Part shown: piece after piece, positions 37,001-49,100 of the stretch
Numbering within the stretch: the stretch's first letter is position 1
Layout of the letters: every line of letters starts with the position of its first letter
NCBI GenBank assembly: GCA_002269645.1
Contig: NIVC01003687.1
Coordinates: 1 to 64,000, forward strand
Source: Macrostomum lignano
Lineage: Eukaryota
Direction of reading: 5' to 3'
Length of the DNA stretch: 64,000 nt
The notes under the pieces: generated by a model
The model's input: the letters and a program-made list of their open reading frames with translations, nothing else
Told to the model about the DNA's origin: nothing
Database searches by the model: none
Position numbers and translations under genes: made by a program

Positions 37001-39654
37001 TGATCGTCGCCATCGCTGCCGTCACCGGCTGCCGTCTCAGCGGCCTCCTGAGCAATCATTGCGCTTACGGTGTCGAACATCGAGTTGCCCGTGCCGCCGC
37101 TGCCTCCGCCATTGCCGTTGCCACCACTGCCGCCGCCGCCGCCGCCGCCGCCCGCGATGCCCTGTCGCCGCTTACTCAGCCGCATCTTCAACTGCGCCAT
37201 CATGTCCATGCCGCCAGCCTCCGCTCCGCCACCGCCGCGCCCCCCACCATCGTCGGCGCCAGCGTCGGCGGTTTCCCGATCGTCGCGAATCCGACGTTTC
37301 CGTTCGAGTTTTCGCTCCTTCACGGACTTCAGCTTGGCTTTGCCGGCGCCGCCAGCCTGTCGAATGGCGTCCAACAGACTGGCGCGAGACGCGTCCGGCG
37401 CCGCCACGGCGCCAGGCAGATCGCCAGGCGGAGGTGGCGGAGGCGGCGGTGGCGGAGGAGGCGGAGGGGGAGGCGGAGGGGGCGGCGGAGGGGGAGGCGG
37501 CGGCACGCCAGCGGAAGGCGGAGGCGGAGGCGGTGGAGGGGGCGGAGGGGGCGGAGGGGGCGGAGGGGGCGGAGGAGGGGCCGGCTCAGAAGCCGCAGCG
37601 GAGGCAGGCGGAGGCGGCGGAGCGCTGGGTAGGTCGCCGAGGCTGCTGAGGATGTTGTCGGCAGCGGACGGGGCGATGCCGGGCCCGAGGTCGCCGAGGT
37701 ATTGGACATTCTCGGCCACCCCGGCCAGCTGGGGCAGGCGGGCCGGCAGGCTCTCCATGTCGGGCACGGCGCCCAGGGTGGGCACGTACAGCAGGGAATC
37801 GGCGCCGGGCGCCTCCAGGCGGTCGCCCAGCAGGATGCTGTCGGGCGCCTGGCCGGGCGTGGCGCCGCCGCCGCCGCTGGAGTCGTCGGATTGAACGGCT
37901 CGAACTCGGTGGACAACGCCGAGCGGATCCAGCAGGCTGTACTTCCGGTAGGGATTCTCGGCAGTGTTGAACAGCAGCAGGCCGCTGAGCGACCGCAGCC
38001 CTGGCGGCGGCCGGCCGAGGCCTTCGGCGGCTGCCGCGCGCTTGGCGCCGGGAGGGCGCAGCGGCAGCATCATGTAGTGCCGCTTTTCGGCCAGCAGCGC
38101 CTCCGTCAGCGCCTCGTGCTGGGCGGCCACACGACGGACCGCCGTCTGGACCTCCCCCACTGCAGCAGTCGCGGCAGCGCCCTCGCCTTCCGGCGCGAAG
38201 GGCGACAGAAAAGCTGGCGCCGAGTCGCCTCCGGCGGGAAATTTCGGGACCGCAAACACCTGCGGGATCATTTGGATGGCATTTTTATCCCAACAGCTCG
38301 CAAATAACCTGAGTCTCCTTATCACTTGACTCTCATTCCCATCATCTGACTCTCATTCCCATCACCTGACTCTCATTCCCAACACCTGACTCTCATTCCC
38401 AGCACCTGACTCTCATTCCCATCACCTGACTCTCATTCCCAACACCTGACTCTCATTCCCATCACCTGACTCTCCTTCCCATCACCTGACTCTCATTCCC
38501 AACACCTGAATCTCATTCCCATCACCTGACTCTCATTCCCAGCACCTGACTCCCATTCACAACACCTGACTCTCATTCCCAACACCTGACTCTCATTCCC
38601 AACACCTGACTCTCATTCCCAACACCTGACTCTCATTCCCAGCACCTGACTCTCATTCCCAGCACCTGACTTTCATTCCCAACACCTGACTCTCATTCCC
38701 AACACCTGACTCTCATTCCCATCACCTGACTCTCATTCCCAGCACCTGACTCCCATTCACAACACCTGACTCTCATTCCCAACACCTGACTCTCATTCCC
38801 AGCACCTGACTCTCATTCCCATCACCTGACTCTCATTCCCAACACCTGACTCTCATTCCCAGCACCTGACTCTCATTCCCATCACCTGACTCTCATTCCC
38901 AACACCTGACTCTCATTCCCATCACCTGACTCTCCTTCCCATCACCTGACTCTCATTCCCAACACCTGAATCTCATTCCCATCACCTGACTCTCATTCCC
39001 AGCACCTGACTCCCATTCACAACACCTGACTCTCATTCCCAACACCTGACTCTCATTCCCAACACCTGACTCTCATTCCCAACACCTGACTCTCATTCCC
39101 AGCACCTGACTCTCATTCCCATCACCTGACTCTCATTCCCAACACCTGACTCTCATTCCCAACACCTGACTCTCATTCCCATCACCTGACTCTCATTCCC
39201 AGCACCTGACTCCCATTCACAACACCTGACTCTCATTCCCAACACCTGACTCTCATTCCCAGCACCTGACTCTCATTCCCAGCACCTGACTCTCATTCCC
39301 AACACCTGACTCTCATTCCCAGCACCTGACTTTCATTCCCAGCACCTGACTTTCATTCCCAACACCTGACTCTCATTCCCAACACCTGACTCTCATTCCC
39401 AGCACCTGACTCCCCCGCACCTGCACAGCCCGAGTCGTCCCCTTCAAAAAGTCGATCTTGGCCTGGCAGTCGGCGGCTCTGCGCCGCAGGCGGTCGCACT
39501 CGGCCCGCTGCTCAGCCAGCCGGCTGCCCAGCCTGTCGAACACGGCCTCGGCCACCCCGGCCACCTCGGCCAGCGAGTCAGCAGACTGCACCAGCAGCTC
39601 TTCGTGGCGCAGATCGGCTGATGGCGGGCGCACCTGCAGCGGCTGAGCTGGCAT
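36985..39654 (-). CDS. WASHC1: WASH complex subunit 1 (Arp2/3 nucleation-promoting factor), 2 exons, 502 aa
   Basis: Exons 39654-39421 and 38259-36985. WAHD (DLRHEE...AKIDFLKG...VFAVPKFP; LLLFNTAENPYRKY..LDPL), long polyproline, WH2 (RASLLDAIRQAGGAGKAKLKSVKERK), central helix (MDMMAQLKMRLSKRRQGI) and acidic DDQDWLD end. Confidence 0.96.
38330..39412. repeat. 20-bp minisatellite filling the WASHC1 intron
   Basis: Unit TCTCATTCCCAACACCTGAC, about 54 copies. Confidence 0.96.
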
Positions 39655-39834
39655 TGAATCGCTGGGCTGCGGGATTGAGCATGGGATTAACTACACTGCT
39701 CAGCTTTAGTTCCTCTCAATTTCAAGATAGCTCACAGACGGCTTATTTTGGCCTTTCAGCATTTTTATTGTCTCAGTGACGCCATCTGACATTTTGACAG
39801 TTTTTAACTGCTTCTCAACCAAAAATACTGTCGT

Positions 39835-40745
39835 GGAGAGAGGGAACTAGGTGGAGAGGAGGGGAATCAGGTGGAGAGGAGGGGAATCAGGTGGAGAGAG
39901 GGGGGAATGAGGTGGAGAGAGGGGGGAATGAGGTGGAGAGAGGGGGGAATCAGGTAGAGAGAGGGGGGAATCAGGTGGAGAGAGGGGGGAATCAGGCGGA
40001 GAGGAGGGGAATTTGGTGGAGAGGAGGGAAATCAGGTGGAGAGGAGGGAAATCAGGTGGAGAGGAGGGAAATCAGGTGGAGAGGAGGGGAATTTGGTGGA
40101 GAGGAGGGAAATCAGGTGGAGAGGAGGGAAATCAGGTGGAGAGGAGGGGAATCAGGTGGAGAGAGGAGGGGAATTAGGTAGAGAGGGGAGGGGAATCAGG
40201 TGGAGAGAGGAGGGGAATCAGGCGGAGAGAGGAGGGGAATCAGGTGGAGAGGAGGGGAATCAGGTGGAGAGGAGGGTAATCAGGTGGAGAGGGGAGGGGT
40301 ATCAGGTGGAGAGAGGAGGGGAATCAGGCGTAGAGAGGAGGGGAATCAGGTGGAGAGGAGGGGAATCAGGCGGAGAGGAGGGGAATCAGGTGGAGAGAGG
40401 ATAATCAGGTGGAGAGGGGAGGGGTATCAGGTGGAGAGAGGAGGGGAATCAGGCGGAGAGAGGAGGGGAATCAGGCGGAGAGAGGAGGGTAATCAGGTGG
40501 AGAGGAGGGTAATCAGGTGGAGAGGAGGGGAATCAGGTGGAGAGGGGAGAAGAATCAGGTGGAGAGAGGAGGGGAATTAGGTAGAGAGGGGAGGGGAATC
40601 AGGTGGAGAGAGGAGGGGAATCAGGTGGAGAGGGGAGAAGAATCAGGTGGAGAGAGGAGGGGAATTAGGTAGAGAGGGGAGGGGAGTCAGGTGGAGAGAG
40701 GAGGGGAATCAGGTGGAGAGGAGGGGAATCAGGTGGAAAGGAGGG
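39835..40745. repeat. GA-rich about 20-bp array upstream of WASHC1
   Basis: GAGGGGAATCAGGTGGAGAG variants. Confidence 0.9.
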
Positions 40746-41244
40746 ATTGTTGTGTGCTAGCCATAGGAATCAGTGCAGAGAATTCAATGCTCAGATAAAA
40801 GTCAGTATAGAGGACGCTTTCTTTAGCAAACGGTTGGCCCTACAAAGAGTGTATTTACAAGTAAAAACAGGATAAAGACCTGAAAAAATATCCACTCAAA
40901 ACAAGCGCCAAGTTCTGACGGAAGTAGCGGCAGTTAGTAAAAAGGAATTCTGCTATTGGCTCTGGAAACAAAAATTAATCAATTTTTTTATTTGAAAATT
41001 TGTTGGCAAGCTGGTGCACAATGCAGCAATACGCCAATTATATGTTAATGAGTAATTATATAATGAGCTAATACAAGGCGAGGCTCCGGTCCAAGCATGA
41101 GGATTCTGGGACTGCATGGAATCTGCTATTCCTGCTTAGTGATGACAGAGCAAATAGCTGTTTGAGAATAATGGCCAAATGCGGTGGTCGCCGCTTCATA
41201 AGCAGCTGGAAGCCAAGGAGAAGTGGAAAGAGTTAACCAGATTC

Positions 41245-42035
41245 TGAGGTAATTTGAGGGCGATTCTCAGGTAATTTAGGGCGATTTTCGGGTCATTTAA
41301 GGGCGATTCTCAGGTCATTTAGGGCGATTCTCGGGTCATTTAGGGCGATTCTCAGGTCATTTAGGGCGATTCTCATGTACATTAAAAGCGATTCTCAGGA
41401 CATTTAAGGGCGATTCTCATGTACATTAAAAGCGATTCTCAGGACATTTAAGGGCGATTCTCATGTACATTAAAAGCGATTCTCAGGACATTTAAGGGCG
41501 ATTCTCATGTACATTAAAAGCGATTCTCAGGACATTTAAGGGCGATTCTCATGTACATTAAAAGCGATTCTCAGGACATTTAAGGGCGATTCTCAGGTCA
41601 TTTAAGGGCGATTCTCAGGTCATTTAAGGGCGATTCTCATGTACATTAAAAGCGATTCTCAGGACATTTAAGGGCGATTCTCAGGTCATTTAAGGGCGAT
41701 TCTCAGGTCATTTAAGGGCGATTCTCAGGACATTTAAGGGCGATTCTCAGGTCATTTAAGGGCGATTCTCAGGACATTTAAGGGCGATTCTCATGTACAT
41801 TAAAAGCGATTCTCAGGACATTTAAGGGCGATTCTCAGGTCATTTAAGGGCGATTCTCAGGTCATTTAAGGGCGATTCTCAGGACATTTAAGGGCGATTC
41901 TCGGGTCATTTAGGGCGATTCTCAGGTCATTTAGGGCGATTCTCAGGTCATTTAGGGCGATTCTCATGTACATTAAAAGCGATTCTCAGGACATTTAAGG
42001 GCGATTCTCGGGTCATTTAAGGGCGATTCTCAGGT
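41245..42035. repeat. 21-22-bp intergenic minisatellite
   Basis: CATTTAAGGGCGATTCTCAGGT / ACATTAAAAGCGATTCTCAGG variants. Confidence 0.93.
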
Positions 42036-42539
42036 GACTAAAACTATCAGAGAGCTTGCATTTCCTTCCAGTTCAAAAGCAACATTCCTCACACCCTAGC
42101 CGCAGCCGCAGCAAGCTGGATAAACACAGTTATGAATATGAGCAAGCATCTACTGATGAACGAAATATGACACAATATTGAAGAAAAATATTAAACATGA
42201 AGTGAATGACAGTGGAATAGGGAATGGTGAGGCTGGAGCTACAGCGCATGATACCAACGGGGACCACAGGTTATCAATAACTCACTATCTTATACTTTTA
42301 AATCTTCCTTAGACATGTTAACAGGCGTGTAGAAATTGCAATAAATTGCAGCCGGCAACATGACACAATCTGCAGTCTGAACTGCTGCAAGCATTCCATT
42401 GTTAATTGCAAGCAAAATTCTTTTGTTGCCAAAAACTTCGTTAAGTGAGCTGCTGACCTGGCTCACACGGCTTCAAATATTGCTACCGCAATGAAACACA
42501 CTGGGATATGCAAAACTGGCAGATCGAAAAGCACTCGAA

Positions 42540-43050
42540 GGGTCTTGAAGAACCTTGAAGAACCCTGAGGATCCTTAAAGAACCCTGAAGAACCCTGAAG
42601 AACCCTGAAGAACCCTGAAGAACCCGAAGAACCTGAATAACTCTGAAGAACCCTGAAGAACCCTGAAGAACCCGAAGAAATCTGAAGAACCTGAAGAACC
42701 TGAACAACCCGGAAGAACCTGAAGAACCTGAAAAACCCTGAAGAACCTGAAGAACCTGAAAAACCCTGAAGAACCTGAAGAACCTGAAAAACCCTGAAGA
42801 ACCCTGAAGAACCCGAAGAAACCTGAAGAACCTGAAAAATCCTGAAGAACCTGAAGAACCCTGAAGAACCCGAAGAAACCTGAAGAACCTGAAAAATCCT
42901 GAAGAACCTGAAGAACCTGAAGAACCTGAAGAACCCTGAAGAACCTGAAGAACCTGAAAAACCCTGAAGAACCCTAAAGAACCTGAAGAACCCTGAAGAA
43001 CCTAAAACCCCGAGAAACTCTGAAGAACTTTGCGGAACTCTGAAGAACCC
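42540..43050. repeat. 9-10-bp array downstream of TFCP2
   Basis: GAAGAACC(C)T variants. Confidence 0.9.
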
Positions 43051-43144
43051 TGGACCGCCTTAACGCCAAGTTATAAAACAAAGAGCAAAACTCATAAAAC
43101 AAAGAGCAAAATTGCATTCGCGAAGAGAAGAGGGACAGTTCCAG

Positions 43145-46100
43145 CTAGGCTGGCGAAGACTCCTGCGCACCGCTGTTGCCGCCTTTAGCGCAGTGGTGGC
43201 GCCGCTCGCGCATGAAGACGCGGAAGCGGCCGGGGTCCGCCAGATCTGGCTGCACATGCAGCGTGTACTTTGACTCGCTCTCCATCTGTGCGACCATCTG
43301 GTGAGAGAGTGGAGAAATAAATATTATATGTTTAGACCCGATAAGCTCTTCTCGGTACTCGATAAATAGATTGGCAGTTGGATGAGTAGATTAGCAGTTG
43401 GATAAGTAGATTGGCAGTTGGATAAGTAGATTGGCAGTTGGATAAGTAGATTGGCAGTTGGATAAGTAGATTGGCAGTTGGATAAGTAGATTGGCAGTTG
43501 GATAAGTAGATTGGCAGTTGGATAAGTAGATTGGCAGTTGGATAAGTAGATTGGCAGTTGGATAAGTAGATTGGCAGTTGGATAAGTAGATTGGCAGTTG
43601 GATAAGTAGATTGGCAGTTGGGTGAGTAGATTTGCATTTATATAAGTAAATTAGCAGATAGATGAGCCTATTGGTAGATGGATGGGAAGATAAAGATTTC
43701 GTTTTATTTGTAAAATAAGTTGCAGCACCACCACTTTCGAGTCTGGCTCACCTCATCTGTAATGCACACGGCAATGCTGGTTGGGCCATAGACAAGCACC
43801 TGAGAGATCTTGTCGCCGTCAGCTTGAAACAGGCTGGTGATTCGGTTGAACAGTTCCTCGTAGGTGAGCTGGGACAGGTAGACTGGGTGGAACACTGCAG
43901 TGGGCGGGATTGAGAACAGTGGGTTGTAGGACAAATCTCAGGCAGTGTGTAACTAGAGTCTCAGGCAGTGTGTGACTGGAGTCTCAGGCAGTGTGTGACT
44001 GGAGTCTCAGGCAGTGTGTGACTGGAGTCTCAGGCAGTGTGTGACTGGAGTCTCAGGCAGTGTGTGACTGGAGTCTCAGGCAGTGTGACTGGAGTCTCAG
44101 GCAGTGTGACTGGAGTCTCAGGCAGTGTGTGACTGGAGTCTCAGGCAGTGTGACACAAAGTGTACTATTAGCACAAAACGTGGCACCACTTGCACCGATC
44201 CTGGCTAACCAGTGTACCAAAACTATTTAGCTATTCGGGCCGAAAAGCCCGACTGTGGCGCCACCCAATCCGTCACACCTGGCCGCACAGAAAAGGTCGC
44301 TAAACAGGCTTATCTCAGCTGAGAATTTGCACACGGATTGGCTGGCCTGGGCCCATATAGGACACTCGTGGCCGCACAAAGAAAGGCCAGCTTATCGGTC
44401 AAAGCCGGGGGCTGACGCAGACAAGAGAATAGAGAAATACTTGCAGACAAACTATACAAGTCCGGCTGTTCGAGTTTGAAAAACAACATAACTTTTTCAA
44501 GTACAGACATAAACTTTAAATACCAAAAAACAGTACAGTGAACTGAAGGTTGGTACATTTGTAAGAGTAAGGCGGTGAGGAGAGGAGTGGGAGTCGAGAG
44601 GGTTGGGGGCGAGTTAGGTAGAGGAACTCAGGCGGAGGGGAGTCAGGCGGAGGGGAGTCAGGCGGAGGGGAATCAGGCGGAGGGAAGTCAGGCGGAGGGG
44701 AATCAGGCGGAGGGGAGTCAGGCGGAGGGGAGTCAGGTAGAGGGGAGTCGGCGGGGAGGAGTCAGGAGGGGAGTCAGGCGGGGAGGAGTCAGAAGGGGAG
44801 TCAGGCGGGAAGCAGTCAGGAGGAGGGGAGTCAGGCGGGGAGGAGTCAGGACGGGAGTCAGGCTGTGGGGAGTCAGGCGGAGGGGAGTCAGGCGGCGGGG
44901 GGTCAGGCGCAGGGGAGTCAGGCGGAGGGGAGTCAGGTGGAGGGGAGTCAGGCGGAGGGGAGTCAGGCGGAGGGGAGTCAGGCGGAGGGGAGTCAGGCGG
45001 AGGATAGTCAGGCGGAGGGGAGTCAGGCGGAGGATAGTCAGGCGGAGGGGAGTCAGGCGGCGGGGTGTCAGGCATAGGGGAGTCAGGTGCAGGGGAGTCA
45101 GGCCATGAGCTCACCGCTGTCAGTCTCCTGGCTGACGAAGAAGACGAGCCGGGAGCGGCAGGGGCGCTGCAGGATGGCGTTGGCCAGGCGGATGCCCTCC
45201 CCCACGCCGCAGATTTCGGTCAAGTCATTGCGGGACAGCCGCAGCAGGTCGTAGCCGGAGAAGTTCTTGAAGACGCCAGTCAGCGTGTTGAACCGCTGGC
45301 GGCGCAGCCAGTCGGCCACCTGGCGGGGCGAGCAGTTCGCGGTCAGTTCCGTCACCGACGGCTCTGCTTGGCTCAGCGGCTGCGGCGGCGGCGGAGGCGG
45401 GAGCGGCGGCGGCGGCGGCGGCGGCGGCGTGGGCTCCAACTGAGGACTTCTCGGCGAGGCGGTCGAACCCGACAGCGGTGGGCTGGGCGCTGCGCCGTTG
45501 CTGACGATGACGCCGCGTGGACGGCCCGGCCCGCTGGGCGGGTGGCTGCCAGGGGCGAGTGTGGTCGAGCTGGCGAGCGAGGGATCGTTTGAAGATTGTT
45601 AGTTTGATGGGTAGATTGGTAGTTGGATGGGTAGATTGGTAGTTGGATGGGTAGATTGGTAGTTGGATGGGTAGATTGGTAGTTTGATGGGTAGATTGGT
45701 AGTTGGATGGGTAGATTGGTAGTTGGATGGGTAGATTGGTAGTTGGATGGGTAGATAGGTATTTTGATAAGTAGATTGGTAGTTTGATGGGTAGATTGGT
45801 AGTTGGATGGGTAGATTGGTAGTTTGATAAGTAGATTGGTAGTTTGATGGGTAGATTGGTAGTTTGATGAGAAGATTGGTGGTTTGATGAGTAGATTGGC
45901 AGTTGGATGGGCAGATTGGCAGTTGGGTTGGCAGATTGGCAGAAATAACCGTTGGCTCACATAGCGATGGGTCCCTGCTGTCTCAGCTGCTTTGTCGGAG
46001 GCGCCGCAGTCTGCTGCTCAAGGGAGTCGGCCGCGGCCACCGTCAGGAAAGGCGTGTAGGGCAGCGGAGTCTGGTACTTGCCGCCGTGGTCGCCGCGCCT

Positions 46101-49100
46101 CTCCATCTTCTCCCTGTCAGTTTTGTGCTTCCTGTCCGCGCCCTTGGGCTTGAACACTTTCACCTGGGCTGCGCAGGTGCACAGGTGCTCGCCGGTGACC
46201 TGGTCGGAGGTGTCAATCTGCAGACGGAACGGGACGCCCTTCTCGCCGCCGTGCTTTCTGGCGGTGAATTCGGTGCTGACGCAGTGCAAACGGAGAAACA
46301 GTCCGCAGTCCGAGCCGGACACGGAGCTGGCGGTGAGCGGAGTGGGGGGCGGCGCCGGCTGCAGAATCATGGCGCACCTGACCGATGGCCTTCCATAATG
46401 TGTCAAATAAAGCCAAAAATATTCACAGAGTTACTGGAGATTTATTAAATAGCGCCTGAAATTCGTTTCTGAAGTTAAAAGTAAAAAACGGCAAAATCAT
46501 TGTTAGAAATCCGACCGATCGAAAACTGCCTGAAACACACGACTGGACCCCTGAAACACACGACTGGACCCCTGAAACACACGACTGGACCCCTGAAACA
46601 CTCGACTGGACCCCTGAAACACACGACTGGACCCCTGAAACACACGACTGGACCCCTGAAACACACGACTGGACCCCTGAAACACACGACTGGACCCCTG
46701 AAACACACGACTGGACCCCTGAAACACACGACTGGACCCCTGAAACACACGACTGGACCCCTGAAACACACGACTGGACCCCTGAAACACAAGACTGGAC
46801 CCCTGAAACACACGACTGGACCAATGAAACACACGACTGGACACCTGAAACACACGACTGGTCCCCTGAAACACACGACTGGACCCCTGAAACACAAGAC
46901 TGGACCCCTGAAACACAAGACTGGACCCCTGAAACACACGACTGGACCCCTGAAACACACGACTGGACCCCTGAAACACACGACTGGACCCCTGAAACAC
47001 AAGACTGGACCCCTGAAACACACGACTGGACCAATGAAACACACGACTGGACACCTGAAACACACGACTGGTCCCCTGAAACACACGACTGGACCCCTGA
47101 AACACAAGACTGGACCCCTGAAACACAAGACTGGACCCCTGAAACACACGACTGGACCCCTGAAACACACGACTGGACCCCTGAAACACACGACTGGACC
47201 CCTGAAACACACGACTGGACCCCTGAAACACACGACTGGACCCCTGAAACACACGACTCGACCCCTGAAACACACGACTGGACCCCTGAAACACACGACT
47301 GGACCCCTGAAACACACGACTGGACCCCTGAAACACACGACTCGACCCCTGAAACACTCGACTGGACCCCTGAAACACACGACTGGACCCCTGAAACACA
47401 CGACTGGACCCCTGAAACACACGACTGGACCCCTGAAACACACGACTCGACCCCTGAAACACACGACTGGACCCCTGAAACACACGACTGGACCCCTGAA
47501 ACACACGACTGGACCCCTGAAACACACGACTGTACCCCTGAAACACACGACTGGTCCCCTGAAACACACGACTGGACCCCTGAAACACATGACTGGACCC
47601 CTGAAACACACGACTGGACCCCTGAAACACAAGACTGGACCCCTGAAACACACGACTGGACCCCTGAAACAAACGACTGGACTTCTAAAATAAGACTGGA
47701 CCCTTTAAAACACACAAAGATCCTAAAAGAGAAGACACCCTGAAAACACAAACATGACCTTAAACAGTGAAACACACAACAGACCTCACTGAAACACACA
47801 ACAGACCCCACTGAAACACACAACAGACCCACTGAAACACACAACAGACCCACTGAAACACACAACAGACCCCACTGAAACACACAACAGACCCACTGAA
47901 ACACACAACAGACCCCACTGAAACACACAACAGACCCCACTGAAACACACAACAGACCCCACTGAAACACACAACAGACCTCACTGAAACACACAACAGA
48001 CCCCACTGAAACACACAACAGACCCACTGAAACACACAACAGACCCACTGAAACACACAACAGACCCCACTGAAACACACAACAGACCCCACTGAAACAC
48101 ACAACAGACACCACTGAAACACACAACAGACCTCACTGAAACACACAACGGACCCCACTGAAACACACAACAGACCCCACTGAAACACACAGCAGACCCC
48201 ACTGAAACACACAACAGACCTCACTGAAACACACAACGGACCCCACTGAAACACACAACAGACCCACTGGAACACACAACAGACCCCACTGAAACACACA
48301 ACAGACACCACTGAAACACACAACAGACCTACTGAAACACACAACAGACCCACTGAAACACACAACAGACCTACTGAAACACAACAGACCCACTGAAACA
48401 CACAACAGACCCACTGAAACACACAACAGACCTACTGAAACACACAACAGACCCCACTGAAACACACAGCAGACCCCACTGAAACACACAACAGACCTCA
48501 CTGAAACACACAACGGACCCCACTGAAACACACAATAGACCTCACTGAAACACACAACAGACCTCACTGAAACATAACAGACCTCACTGAAACACACAAC
48601 AGACCTCACTGAAACACACAGCAGACCTCACTGAAACACACAACAAACACACAGCAGACCCCACTGAAACACAACAGACCCACTGAAACACAACAGACCT
48701 CACTGAAACACACAACCGACCTCACTGAAGCACACAACAGACCTCACTGAAGCACACAACAGACCTCACTGAAGCACACAACCGACCTCACTGAAGCACA
48801 CAACAGACCCACTGAAACACACAACCGACCTCACTGAAACACACAACAGACCTCACTGAAGCACACAACAGACCCACTGAAACACACAACCGACCTCACT
48901 GAAACACACAACAGACCTCACTGAAGCACACAACAGACCCACTGAAACACACAACAGACCCCACTGAAACACACAACAGACCCCACTGAAACACCCAGCA
49001 AACACACAGCGGACCTCCAGAACCCCATCACCGCAACCCACCCCTCGCCACCGCCCTCCCAGACGGCCTCCACAGTGCTGATGTCCGCCTGAGAGGCTTT

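Noticed and set aside
37059-38307. Plus-strand ORFs antisense to WASHC1 (also antisense to PEX5, TFCP2, VPS52 exons)
   Set aside because: Shadow ORFs of GC-rich coding sequence with no independent motifs.
46423-48609. Four-frame ORFs such as (LKHTTGP)n and (VSGVQSC)n
   Set aside because: 21-bp array open in several frames by chance, inside TFCP2 intron 3.
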